Virus record (IMG/VR): IMGVR_UViG_2872355237_000003
Length of the DNA: 64,000 nt
Reading direction: 5' to 3' (one strand)
From: a virus
Lineage: Duplodnaviria > Caudoviricetes
Shown here: positions 20,527-29,981 of the stretch, one piece after another
Position numbering within the stretch: position 1 is the stretch's first letter
Layout: every line of letters starts with the position of its first letter
Program-made: the position numbers and the translations under genes
Notes under the pieces: model-generated
What the model was told of the DNA's origin: nothing
Seen by the model: only the letters and a program-made list of their open reading frames with translations
Databases searched by the model: none

Positions 20527-20616
20527 AATGAGGATAAATAATTTTATTCTCAGTATTAAACAAAGATTAATTAAAATAAAATAAAATCAATATATGAAAG
20601 GCAAAGGTGAATTAAT

Positions 20617-21261
20617 ATGACAAACATAAAAAGATTATCAAACAAAGAAATGAGAAAAGCTGATGAGTTTACAAAAGCAATATTTAATGGAGATGAAAAT
20701 TTATTAGGAAGTTTATTAGGACTTAAACCAATAGTAATAGGAAGCCAAGAAAGTATCTTAAAAGACTTACGTAACAATTGGGGCGATTTATCCAAATATA
20801 TAGAAAAATTATCAACAAAGGTTGAAGAAAGTAAATTACATAAAGAAGAAAATATTAAAGAGAAGGATCGTCAAGTACAAATAGGAGATGAAGTTTTAAT
20901 ATTAGATAGTCCTGAAGGTATTAAGAATGTAAAAGGAACTATAGTTGATGAGGTAAAGGGAACTGCACAATTCTTAATCAAACTAAGCGAATTAAATGCC
21001 TTATATGTGGATAAAGATAAGGTTAAAGTTATTAAAAAGAAACAAAATATAGAAGAGATCAACATATTAAAAGAAAAAATTCAAAAATTAAAAGATTGTA
21101 AAGATGTTTTAATAGATGAAATACGATATACAACAGAACAAATTAAAGACCTAGAACAAAGTAAAGAAAACATCCAACAACACCTTAAACAAACCACTAA
21201 GAATATGGAACACTATAAGCAACAGCTTGAACAGCTAGAAGGTGTAAACAATGAAATTTAA
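20617..21261 (+). CDS. Hypothetical protein with KOW/SH3-like segment and coiled coil
   Basis: QIGDEVLILDSP.GIKNVKGTIV; heptad-rich C-terminus. Confidence 0.65.
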   Translation: MTNIKRLSNKEMRKADEFTKAIFNGDENLLGSLLGLKPIVIGSQESILKDLRNNWGDLSKYIEKLSTKVEESKLHKEENIKEKDRQVQIGDEVLILDSPEGIKNVKGTIVDEVKGTAQFLIKLSELNALYVDKDKVKVIKKKQNIEEINILKEKIQKLKDCKDVLIDEIRYTTEQIKDLEQSKENIQQHLKQTTKNMEHYKQQLEQLEGVNNEI

Positions 21262-21460
21262 AACTAGAGATTTAGTAGTAGTTAAAGATGTAGGCGTAGA
21301 TCATTTAAGGCAGTATAAAGACATGTGTGGTGAGATTATTAGTTGGATTAAAACTAAAGGGGAAATTAAATATAAGGTTAGAATTTACTATTTACAGGAT
21401 TGGGAAACGGCTTATTTTAAGAAAGATGAGTTGGAGTTGTTGGATACGAAAGGAAAGTAA
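21251..21460 (+). CDS. Small SH3-like hypothetical protein
   Basis: 69 aa, coupled to previous gene. Confidence 0.65.
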   Translation: MKFKTRDLVVVKDVGVDHLRQYKDMCGEIISWIKTKGEIKYKVRIYYLQDWETAYFKKDELELLDTKGK

Positions 21461-21568
21461 GTGATTATTAATTAAAAAATAAAATACTATTCATTGTGAG
21501 TGAAAAGTAAATAAGGATAGTGTACTATTAAAAGTATATATTTAAAAATGAATAGGAGATGTTTTATT

Positions 21569-22123
21569 ATGTGTGTTATTAGTAAAAAAGATATGAAAAA
21601 CAGCAAGTTTATGAGTTTGATATTAAGGCATAAGCCACAAGAAGCTAATCTAATTTTAGATGAATATGGATATGCGAACATAAGTGATTTAATAAAAGGT
21701 ATGAGAGATAAAGGTTATAAAATTACTATAGAGGATGTTGAAAGAATTGTAAGAGAAGATAATAAGAAGAGGTATTCTTTTAATTCTGATAATACTAAAA
21801 TTAGAGCTAACCAAGGACACTCTATTAGAGTAAATCTGGAGTTGCAATCTATACAACCTCCTAGTGTTTTGTATCATGGAACTTCGATAAGATTTAGAGA
21901 TAACATATTGAAAGAAGGAGTTAAAAAACAGAGTAGACAATATGTTCATTTATCTAGTGATATTGATACAGCTATTAATGTAGGTAAGAGACATGGAAGT
22001 CCGATAATATTTTTAATTAATAGTAAAGAAATGTTTGAGGACGGCTATAAATTTTATTTATCGGAAAATAAAGTGTGGCTAACAGATTATGTTCCTATAA
22101 AGTATATAAAAATAATTAATTGA
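21569..22123 (+). CDS. kptA: RNA:NAD 2'-phosphotransferase (Tpt1/KptA)
   Basis: SLILRH, KRY, IRANQGHS, LYHGT, RQYVHLS, VGKRHG, VWLT motifs. Confidence 0.95.
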   Translation: MCVISKKDMKNSKFMSLILRHKPQEANLILDEYGYANISDLIKGMRDKGYKITIEDVERIVREDNKKRYSFNSDNTKIRANQGHSIRVNLELQSIQPPSVLYHGTSIRFRDNILKEGVKKQSRQYVHLSSDIDTAINVGKRHGSPIIFLINSKEMFEDGYKFYLSENKVWLTDYVPIKYIKIIN

Positions 22124-22145
22124 AGTTTAAATTATATAAAAGTAG

Positions 22146-22496
22146 GTGATAAAAATATATAGTGATACTGTAGAATGTCCTTATTGTGGATATAAGAATA
22201 ACATGACAGACGCATTATGTGACGGATTGTGTGATGACAATACTTTAGATTGGGAATGTGAGAATGAGAATTGTGGCAAAGAGTTTGAGATATACGTTGA
22301 ATTTGAGCCTACATATAATGCGAAAAAGATAGAATATGTAACATGTGATTCATGTGGTAGTACCGTAAGAGATAGTGAAGCATCTATATATGGAAGAACT
22401 AACCCATTTCCAAACAGATTTAAAGCACAAGGTCTAAAATTATGTCATAGTTGCTATTGTAGGGAAATGGTTAAAGAATTAGAAGGAGATGATTAG
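22146..22496 (+). CDS. Double zinc-finger protein
   Basis: CPYCG, CxxxxCG, CDSCG, CHSC. Confidence 0.7.
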   Translation: MIKIYSDTVECPYCGYKNNMTDALCDGLCDDNTLDWECENENCGKEFEIYVEFEPTYNAKKIEYVTCDSCGSTVRDSEASIYGRTNPFPNRFKAQGLKLCHSCYCREMVKELEGDD

Positions 22497-22802
22497 ATGG
22501 TTAAGAAATATTTATTATTGTGCAACAGACATAACAGTATATATGGAGATAGTTGGTGTTTATTCTGGGGTTGTAGAGATGAAGAGAGTGGATACACTTC
22601 TGATATAAGAATAGCTCATAGATTTAATGAAGAAGAAATTGAAGAATTTAAAGGCAGAATAGATGATATTCCAATACCAATAGATAAGTTAGGATTGTCA
22701 GAAAATTATATAAGTGAGGAAGATTATAATAAAAACATTAGGGTTATGATTGAGAAGGGAACGTTAAATAAGGTATTGGGATTAGATTTAAAAAGAATAT
22801 AA
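22497..22802 (+). CDS. Hypothetical protein
   Basis: AAGGAG RBS, 101 aa. Confidence 0.7.
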   Translation: MVKKYLLLCNRHNSIYGDSWCLFWGCRDEESGYTSDIRIAHRFNEEEIEEFKGRIDDIPIPIDKLGLSENYISEEDYNKNIRVMIEKGTLNKVLGLDLKRI

Positions 22803-22823
22803 GATTTAATTAAAGGTGGTTAA

Positions 22824-23018
22824 ATGAGAAAAGGGATGATATGGTCACAATTACAAGTAATTAAACATCAGATACATGACGATACAAAACCATATAAAAA
22901 TGACTGTCACACAAATAAATGTTTAATTAAAGATAAAATATGCTTGGTTAGAAACAATAGTTTAAAAATTTTAAACTATATGAAATGGAGTGATATTAAT
23001 GTATTGGAATGTAGTTAA
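22824..23018 (+). CDS. Hypothetical protein
   Basis: AAGGTGG RBS, 64 aa. Confidence 0.5.
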   Translation: MRKGMIWSQLQVIKHQIHDDTKPYKNDCHTNKCLIKDKICLVRNNSLKILNYMKWSDINVLECS

Positions 23019-23187
23019 AAGAGAAGTGGAGACCAACGAATATGTAAAAATAGTTAAATCATATCCTTGTTTTGGAAGGACAGATATTGATATAAAATAT
23101 AAAGCAGAATCTAAAACGAGGCTTCTAAATTTATTAAGATATATAAATAATAAATATTATTATGTAGTAGAATTTGATTTTGAATAG
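22990..23187 (+). CDS. Hypothetical protein
   Basis: GGAG RBS, ~62-65 aa. Confidence 0.6.
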   Translation: MILMYWNVVKREVETNEYVKIVKSYPCFGRTDIDIKYKAESKTRLLNLLRYINNKYYYVVEFDFE

Positions 23188-23210
23188 ATTATAAAAAGAA
23201 GGTGAAGTAA

Positions 23211-23426
23211 ATGGACGAATGGACTTTATTAAAATGTTTAAGATGTGATTTCCCATTTATAGTACATTCGAAAGAATATATAGAAGTTATAAATAGTAAA
23301 TATCCATTTATGTATTGTCCTAAATGTGGTAAAGAGAATAATGTAAGTAAAGATTGTTTTCAAGAACATATAGAATTACCATTAACAGTTAAAAAGGTAA
23401 TGAAATATGTGGTTAGTAAGAAATAA
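23211..23426 (+). CDS. Zinc-ribbon protein
   Basis: CLRCD...CPKCG. Confidence 0.7.
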   Translation: MDEWTLLKCLRCDFPFIVHSKEYIEVINSKYPFMYCPKCGKENNVSKDCFQEHIELPLTVKKVMKYVVSKK

Positions 23427-23452
23427 TATAAGAAAGAAATGAGGGACTAATT

Positions 23453-23653
23453 ATGATGAAAGCAACACCAAAGTTTGACGAAGAATCGCAGAAATGGGTG
23501 ATTAATGTTGAGATAGAAGAAGGTGAGGTTTTACCTGTAGGGAAAACAATAAATGATAAGATGGGAATATGGGAAACTTCAAAATGGAACAGTAAAGAAT
23601 TAGCCGAAAAATGGGTTAAGGCAAAACCTCAAATATTAACCTTGGGATATTAG
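23453..23653 (+). CDS. Hypothetical protein
   Basis: GAGGGA RBS, 66 aa. Confidence 0.7.
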   Translation: MMKATPKFDEESQKWVINVEIEEGEVLPVGKTINDKMGIWETSKWNSKELAEKWVKAKPQILTLGY

Positions 23654-23706
23654 TTCACAAAAATAGTAAATTGTGAAGTGAATTTTAAGTTAAAGGAGGA
23701 TAATTA

Positions 23707-24075
23707 ATGAGTAAATATAAAGTATCAAAAAATTTTAAAATGAATATATCATTTGAAGAGTTAATTAGTTTTAATAAAATTTGTAAAATCGATACACAAT
23801 CAACACATCATTTTGAAACATTTTCAGGTATTTTAATATATGTTTCACATCCAAATGATGAAGAAAAATTTACAATAGAATTAGGAGTAGACGAAGATGG
23901 AATAATGTATGAAGGTGATTATGGTTGCGAAGATAAATTTGAAGAAATCCCAATAGAAGAAGGACTAAAGATTTTAAGTAAATATAGAGAGATTATGGTT
24001 GGTAAACAAGATTTAGAATGCTTGTTATCTTGTAACAAAATAGATAACAACATTGTTAAGATTACTATTAAATAA
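23707..24075 (+). CDS. Hypothetical protein
   Basis: AGGAGG RBS, 122 aa. Confidence 0.7.
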   Translation: MSKYKVSKNFKMNISFEELISFNKICKIDTQSTHHFETFSGILIYVSHPNDEEKFTIELGVDEDGIMYEGDYGCEDKFEEIPIEEGLKILSKYREIMVGKQDLECLLSCNKIDNNIVKITIK

Positions 24076-24143
24076 GGCACGATATAAATTTTGGTTCGCA
24101 AAAATAAAGGGTTATATAGATAGTAGATTGGAGTGTGATAATT

Positions 24144-24278
24144 ATGAATTATTTTAAGCATTTAAAAGCTAATTTAAGTATAAGTAAAAAATGCTTTAAA
24201 ATAATCATGCATGAATTAGGGGACATGCTTGAACATCTTATACATGGAATATTCCCATTTTTGGGATGGAAGCATTAG
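24144..24278 (+). CDS. 44-aa His-rich microprotein (DUF6356-like by recollection)
   Basis: GGAG RBS; MNYFKHL...LIHGIFPFLGWKH. Confidence 0.6.
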   Translation: MNYFKHLKANLSISKKCFKIIMHELGDMLEHLIHGIFPFLGWKH

Positions 24279-24374
24279 TTCGCAAAAATAAAGTAATATG
24301 CAACAAAGCATAAATATATAAAACAATGCTTTTATTGAAATGAAAATAGATTTAAAAATATAAGAGGGGGAAAT

Positions 24375-25007
24375 ATGGATATTAAAAAGGAATTAACACC
24401 AAAGGAATATTTTGATTTGTTAAAAGAAAAGAAACATACAATTACTGATGATGAACTAGTAGAAATTTATAGTAATGGATTAGTATTGGCAAATAAATAT
24501 ACTATCACAGAACAAACAGCGGGATTAAAGAAATTAATATTTCACTTAGAAGCAATAGAAAAAGAAAGAGAAATAGTTAAAATGGGTATTAATACTTTTG
24601 TATATAGAGATGATGTAGATGAATACATAGATGATATAGCCAAAGATGTAGTTAAACTAATAGAGTTAGAACGATATGAAAGAGAAATTCCAGATGAAAT
24701 TGTAGAGGTTATTAAAAAGACCAAAGATAAATTTGACCAATTATATATTTTGTTTACTGACTACACAGGAAAAATGGAAAGGCAAGTAGCCAAAGAACGT
24801 AGAGAGAAAGATCCTATACTATTTGGTACTTTTCAAGATGAAAATAGTAGAGCAGTTATAGATAGATTTTATTTCTTAGGAGACTGGGTAGATGAATATT
24901 GTGATTTAACATTAGACAAAATGATAAATGAATTTCAGAACAAGAAACATAAACAAATTGCTAATACGATTGATACTCCTACGAATATTGATAATCTTAA
25001 ATCTTAA
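24375..25007 (+). CDS. Phage hypothetical protein, possibly truncated by a premature TAA
   Basis: GAGGGGG RBS; frame stays open after the stop until 25106. Confidence 0.75.
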   Translation: MDIKKELTPKEYFDLLKEKKHTITDDELVEIYSNGLVLANKYTITEQTAGLKKLIFHLEAIEKEREIVKMGINTFVYRDDVDEYIDDIAKDVVKLIELERYEREIPDEIVEVIKKTKDKFDQLYILFTDYTGKMERQVAKERREKDPILFGTFQDENSRAVIDRFYFLGDWVDEYCDLTLDKMINEFQNKKHKQIANTIDTPTNIDNLKS

Positions 25008-25113
25008 CTATCTCAATTAGAAATTAAACAAGGGAAAGTTAGAGTTAATAATGCAAAGAAAAAAGAAGAATTATTCCATAAAGTTAGAACATTTCTAAGG
25101 GTGTAGTTGATAT

Positions 25114-25461
25114 ATGAAGGCAAATGTAGATTTAACTCAAAATAGAGATTTTAGAAATAAAAATGAGGAATTTTCAATAGCAGAATTGTTTAAAATTAAT
25201 ACATTACCTTGGGAGTTTAAAGGAATTAAACGAATTCTTTCAACACTAAATAAAGATAAAAAAGAATTAATATATACAGGTGATAAGCTAGAGAGACAAA
25301 GCAAAAAGCAATGTCAGCGATATATGAATCAATGCGAATGTTGTGGACGAGATTTAAGTAGAATTCCTTGGAAGCATAAGTATAAACTATGCGAGAAATG
25401 TTATGCTAGATTAGAAAACAATGAAAGGAATCATAAACCATTTTGGAGGAGTGAAAAATAG
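25114..25461 (+). CDS. Zinc-finger protein
   Basis: CECCG...LCEKC. Confidence 0.7.
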   Translation: MKANVDLTQNRDFRNKNEEFSIAELFKINTLPWEFKGIKRILSTLNKDKKELIYTGDKLERQSKKQCQRYMNQCECCGRDLSRIPWKHKYKLCEKCYARLENNERNHKPFWRSEK

Positions 25462-25472
25462 GAGGGTTATAT

Positions 25473-25859
25473 ATGAAGGTATTAACAAGTGGAGAACAAT
25501 TAGAAGGAAAGAAGATAGTTTATTGTGATATTGAACACACGACAGATATTGATACTTCTATGATAATTACAGATGATAAAAGCGTTTTAATGTTTGGATT
25601 AAATTATGATAAATATACATGGTACGTATGCAATGAAAATCAAGTTATAGGTAAAATACTTAGAGACGACACTATTGGAAAAACATTAGCAGAATATGGT
25701 GTTATCACAGAAGAATATATTAGACAAATGCGAGATAAATTAGATTGTATGAAACGAAAAGTAGAGCAAGAAATGAAAAAACGAGAACTTAAAGAGGAGT
25801 ATGAAAAGTATTTGCAATTAAAAGAAAAATTTGAAGTGAGTAATATACCAAATAATTAA
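25473..25859 (+). CDS. Hypothetical phage protein
   Basis: AGGAGG RBS, 128 aa. Confidence 0.7.
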   Translation: MKVLTSGEQLEGKKIVYCDIEHTTDIDTSMIITDDKSVLMFGLNYDKYTWYVCNENQVIGKILRDDTIGKTLAEYGVITEEYIRQMRDKLDCMKRKVEQEMKKRELKEEYEKYLQLKEKFEVSNIPNN

Positions 25860-26034
25860 AAATATATTATGTAATGGGAGGGGATTCTATATCCCCAACT
25901 CTTAATGCAACTTTATATTAATATCCACGTTGGTTCGTAGAGATATAATATAGAACGGTCACAAGTCCGTATAGATGCAGAGTGGGAGTAAATTTGATAC
26001 AATTTTAAATTTATAGAGGAAGGGGTGTAGAGAT

Positions 26035-26280
26035 ATTTCATATTCTTTATATTTTAATAAAAAGGAAAAGGAATTAATAATCGAAGCGATTAAAAATAAT
26101 CGACATATGGCATCCAAGGTTATTAATGGTAAGGTAACGTGGTTTACTACTAATATGTATATTAGTGATAGTAGAAAATTATTAAGAGAGAAAGGTAAGG
26201 AACTCCAGAAACAATGGATTGAAGAAACAGAGGAAGATTTAAGGGAGTTAAAGGAAATGAAAATTAAGACCAAATATTAA
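26035..26280 (+). CDS. 81-aa hypothetical protein with probable ATT start
   Basis: AGGGGTG RBS 7 nt before ATT; in-frame TAG at 26014 bounds the ORF. Confidence 0.55.
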   Translation: MSYSLYFNKKEKELIIEAIKNNRHMASKVINGKVTWFTTNMYISDSRKLLREKGKELQKQWIEETEEDLRELKEMKIKTKY

Positions 26281-26415
26281 ATAATAATAACAGATGATAG
26301 CTTTAAAAACTAAAACAAGTCAAGATCAAGTGCTAATTATTATTGGAATAATATAGATAGTATGGTATTATTAATATGAGAAAAATATACTGAAATATAC
26401 TTGAGGAGGGATAAA

Positions 26416-26778
26416 ATGAAGTGTTTCAATCATCCAGAAAGAGATGCCGTTGCAATCTGTAAAAGTTGTAATAAAGGTTTATGCAAAGAATGTGCTGTTG
26501 AAATAGATGCTACCATTGCTTGTAAAGGTAAATGCGAAGAAAAAGTAGCGTTTTTAAATAAAGTAGTACACGGGAATAAAAGTGTATATAATAAAACAGC
26601 GAAATCGTATTATACTATGGCGTTTGTTCAAGGTATATTTGGCTTAAGTTTCATTGGATTTGGGGCTTATAGTGAATTTCCTGAATTAAATCCATTTTTA
26701 TTTATGGTAGGCGGAATAATGATACTGGCATGTGTACTAACTATATTCTCAGGTAGAAGGTTTGGAAAAAGTCAATAA
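26416..26778 (+). CDS. B-box zinc-finger membrane protein
   Basis: CFNHP..AVAICKSCNKGLCKEC plus two C-terminal TM helices; GAGGAGG RBS. Confidence 0.8.
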   Translation: MKCFNHPERDAVAICKSCNKGLCKECAVEIDATIACKGKCEEKVAFLNKVVHGNKSVYNKTAKSYYTMAFVQGIFGLSFIGFGAYSEFPELNPFLFMVGGIMILACVLTIFSGRRFGKSQ

Positions 26779-26853
26779 GAACCCTTATATTAAGGGTTTC
26801 CTAAATTATAAATCACTATAAAAGTGCAATTTTATGTAAAGTAAAATATAACA

Positions 26854-26912
26854 AAAATAAATTAAAATATTTTAAAAAAGAGGTTGACAAAAATAACAAT
26901 AGATGATATACT
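26854..26912 (+). promoter_or_regulatory. Strong SigA-type promoter with conserved upstream box
   Basis: AATTAAAAT-15 nt-TTGACA (26884)-17 nt-TATACT with TG extension. Confidence 0.8.
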
Positions 26913-26993
26913 AGTAAATGTAGTAAGGAGTTAGTAACAAAACAAGAACTTACTATAAGAGTAAATTAAAAGATGATTAGATGGAGGCTGAAG

Positions 26994-27557
26994 ATGAAAG
27001 AAAATTTAAAAGTATTTCAAACAGAAATTAATTCAATTAATGACGAAAGTATTAAGCAATTTACAGTTAAGGCATTAGAAAGTTTACCAGAATATTTTTG
27101 GGAGGTACCTGCAAGTTCAACAGGTAAATATCATCCTCAATATGCGTTAGGTGAAGGTGGATTAGTTAGACACACAAAAGGAGCTGTAAAAATTGCATTA
27201 GAATTATTTAACAATCATACAGTTCAAGATTTCACATCAATGCAGAAAGATATAATTATAAGTTCTTTATTGTTGCATGATGGATGTAAAAGTGGAATGG
27301 AAAAATCAAGGTATACCCAAACAGAACATCCATTGATAGTTGCAGATTACATATATAATAACAGTGATATTAACGGATTAATAAAGTCAGAAATTTTAGA
27401 TCAAATTGTTAAAGCAATAAGAAGCCATATGGGGGAATGGAATAAGGATTATAGGACTAAAAGAGAGGTATTACCAACGCCTAAAACTAGAATGGAAAGA
27501 TTTGTTCATATGTGTGATTATCTAGCTAGCAGAAAAAGTATAAACATGGAATTTTAA
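26994..27557 (+). CDS. HD-domain phosphohydrolase
   Basis: PASSTGKYH, GGLVRHT, LLHDGCK, SHMG, HMCDYL. Confidence 0.85.
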   Translation: MKENLKVFQTEINSINDESIKQFTVKALESLPEYFWEVPASSTGKYHPQYALGEGGLVRHTKGAVKIALELFNNHTVQDFTSMQKDIIISSLLLHDGCKSGMEKSRYTQTEHPLIVADYIYNNSDINGLIKSEILDQIVKAIRSHMGEWNKDYRTKREVLPTPKTRMERFVHMCDYLASRKSINMEF

Positions 27558-27566
27558 AAGATTATT

Positions 27567-27601
27567 AGCAAGTGTAAGTTAAATATAAAGTTGCACTTGC
27601 T
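27567..27601 (+). terminator. Hairpin terminator
   Basis: AGCAAGTGTAA / TTGCACTTGCT. Confidence 0.6.
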
Positions 27602-27716
27602 CAATATAAGATGTTTGAAATTTAAAAAGGAATGTAAGAAATCAATCAAAAGAGCAAGACCACACCATTGAGAATTGTACTGTTAATTATTAATAAATAG
27701 AAGGGAGGAACGAAGC

Positions 27717-27953
27717 TTGAATAATAGTAAAGGAAGCAAGGTAGTTGTAACTGACAAAACTCAACTAATCTACTTAACTTCAAAAGGTATCAAACCAAAT
27801 GATGTGAATAGAATTGGTAATCAAGTACAAGTTACATATAATTATGATGAATATTTTAAAAAAGCCAATTTAGACTTTATGACAGATAATCAATTTAAGG
27901 ATTATAGAATGGCTGAAAAAACAGTAGAACAGTTATTAAGAACTACAATTTAA
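27717..27953 (+). CDS. Hypothetical protein
   Basis: GGGAGG RBS, TTG start. Confidence 0.65.
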   Translation: MNNSKGSKVVVTDKTQLIYLTSKGIKPNDVNRIGNQVQVTYNYDEYFKKANLDFMTDNQFKDYRMAEKTVEQLLRTTI

Positions 27954-27984
27954 TGTATATAAATAAATACAAATAAATTAAAAT

Positions 27985-28022
27985 AAAATTAGAATTAAAA
28001 TTTAGAATTAAAAATTAGAATT
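27985..28022 (+). repeat. Three TTAGAATT repeats with 13-bp period
   Basis: Cores at 27989, 28002, 28015. Confidence 0.7.
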
Positions 28023-28088
28023 TCTCTTTAATAATAAAAAATTATAAAAATAGTCCAATGTGACTTAAAAATTAGGAGGAATTTTAAT

Positions 28089-29312
28089 ATGGCAAAGAAT
28101 AATGAAAGAGTACAAGTAAAAAAAGGAACAGCAAAATTTAATTTAGTAGGAATGGCTTCAGTAAATAATTACACTTTTAAAATAGATGTTCCGAGCCAAA
28201 AATCAGATTGGATATATAACCAAATGAATTTATCAGTTGATTGTGGAGAGGGTGGCAAAATATATGCTGATATGATGGGCGGTTACGGATCAGAAAGACA
28301 GAATTTTGTATATGTACATGGTAAAAAAGAAAATGGGCAAGATGATTTTAAAAACTTCTTTACATTGGATTGGGATGATAGAAATGACGAAACTATATTA
28401 GAATCTGTTGGTGATATGTGTTTTATAACTGTAGGTTTAGAAAAGGATGTCAACAATAAAATAGTTTATAAGAAGTTTGTTTCTCAATATGATGCTGTAC
28501 AATACATAAATGACAATTTAAAAGATGGCATGGTTGTTAATGTAAAAGGGAATCTTACATATTCAACGTATAATGAAAAAGTACAAGTTAAGAAGGATAT
28601 AACTAGCATATGTTTATCAGAAGCAACAGAAGATAAATTTAAAGCCACCTTTACTCAAACGTTATTATTAGATGTTGATAGCGTAGGTAAAGTAGATAAA
28701 GAAACATTAACAATACCTGTTTATGCAAGAGTAGTTGATTATGTAAAAGAATATGACGGACAATTGGTTAAAACGATGTTGCCACTTGCTAAAACATTCG
28801 ATATAAAAGTTAGTAAAGAAACTGTTGACAATACTAAAAAAATGCTAAAACATTTTAAGGCTAAAAAAGGCACTATTACTACGTTAACTGTAGACGGTAG
28901 ATTTTCAAGAGGTGAAATTAATACAGTTACTACATCAGAAGATGATATTCCAGATGATATAAAAGATTTAATAGAATTAGGATTTATTGAAAAAGAAGAA
29001 GTGTTAAATAAAATGGCTTTAGCAAATGGAGGAGGAAATAGACCAGAACAAATGATTATTACAAACCCTCATATCAAATTTACAGGCGAAGATACTAAAA
29101 TGCCTATGATAGATAAATTGACTGAAGCTTATAGCGAGGATGATTTAAACATTGCTTTAATAGTAGAAGATAAATTAAAAGGAAACAAAAATAAATCAAA
29201 TGAAGAAGATGAAAAAGTTTCAAATAAATCTGAGGAAAAAGTAGGAAACCAAACAAATGATGTAATAAAAGAATCAGAAGATAGCGAAGATGATTGGTTA
29301 AACGATCTATAA
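28089..29312 (+). CDS. Replication-module protein, probable ssDNA-binding protein
   Basis: Beta-rich body, acidic tail ESEDSEDDWLNDL, first gene of the replication operon. Confidence 0.55.
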   Translation: MAKNNERVQVKKGTAKFNLVGMASVNNYTFKIDVPSQKSDWIYNQMNLSVDCGEGGKIYADMMGGYGSERQNFVYVHGKKENGQDDFKNFFTLDWDDRNDETILESVGDMCFITVGLEKDVNNKIVYKKFVSQYDAVQYINDNLKDGMVVNVKGNLTYSTYNEKVQVKKDITSICLSEATEDKFKATFTQTLLLDVDSVGKVDKETLTIPVYARVVDYVKEYDGQLVKTMLPLAKTFDIKVSKETVDNTKKMLKHFKAKKGTITTLTVDGRFSRGEINTVTTSEDDIPDDIKDLIELGFIEKEEVLNKMALANGGGNRPEQMIITNPHIKFTGEDTKMPMIDKLTEAYSEDDLNIALIVEDKLKGNKNKSNEEDEKVSNKSEEKVGNQTNDVIKESEDSEDDWLNDL

Positions 29313-29416
29313 GATTATAAAAATGGACAAATAATTAATTACAATATATAGAGGATTATATTTTATTTAATCCTCTATCATAAAAATAAATTAAAAAATG
29401 AGAATATTGCATATGT

Positions 29417-29932
29417 ATGAATGAAATCTGGAAAGAAATAGATGGGTTTAGAAATATATATTATATTAGTAATTTAGGAAGGGTGTTGAGTTTTAAAAAG
29501 ATTAAAAATGGTAAAGTGATGCAAGGAACTATAGATAAAGACGGTTATATGCAAGTGGGATTAACTAATAAAAAGGGTAAAAAATTCAAAAAGAAGATAC
29601 ATAGATTAGTGGCAAAGGTGTTTATACCTAATCCAAATAATTTACCTCAAGTAAACCATATAGATGGCAATAAATTAAACAATAATATAAACAACCTATA
29701 GTGGTGTACTAATTATGAGAATACGATTCATGCACATAAAACTGGCCTATGTAACAATCACTATAAAAAGGTAGTTCAATATAATTTAAATGGACAATTT
29801 ATAAAATCATATAAAACATTAAGAGAGGCGTCTTTATCATTAGGTAAGAAAAAGAATGACGGAGCAATATCAATGTGTTGTCACCATAAAATAAAAACAG
29901 CTTATGGATTTGTATGGAAGTTCGTTGATTAA
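29417..29932 (+). pseudogene. NUMOD4-HNH-NUMOD1 homing endonuclease interrupted by in-frame TAG
   Basis: EIWKEI..ISNLGRV, HRLVAKVF, VNHIDGNKLNN, NL*WCT (TAG 29699-29701), TAYGFVWKF. Confidence 0.85.
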
Positions 29933-29981
29933 TAAAATTAAAAATAAATTAATAATTTAAATTTTAAGGAGGAATATTAAT

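Larger units (their letters stand above)
23653..24293 (+). repeat. Three GTTC(A/G)CAAAAATA gene-boundary repeats
   Basis: 23653 (TTCACAA-N10-TTGTGAA); 24094 and 24278 are an exact 16-bp repeat GTTCGCAAAAATAAAG. Confidence 0.7.

Noticed and set aside
24375..29932. Stop-codon recoding suggested by two in-frame stops
   Set aside because: One is TAA and one is TAG; both codons end many intact genes here and no suppressor tRNA was seen.
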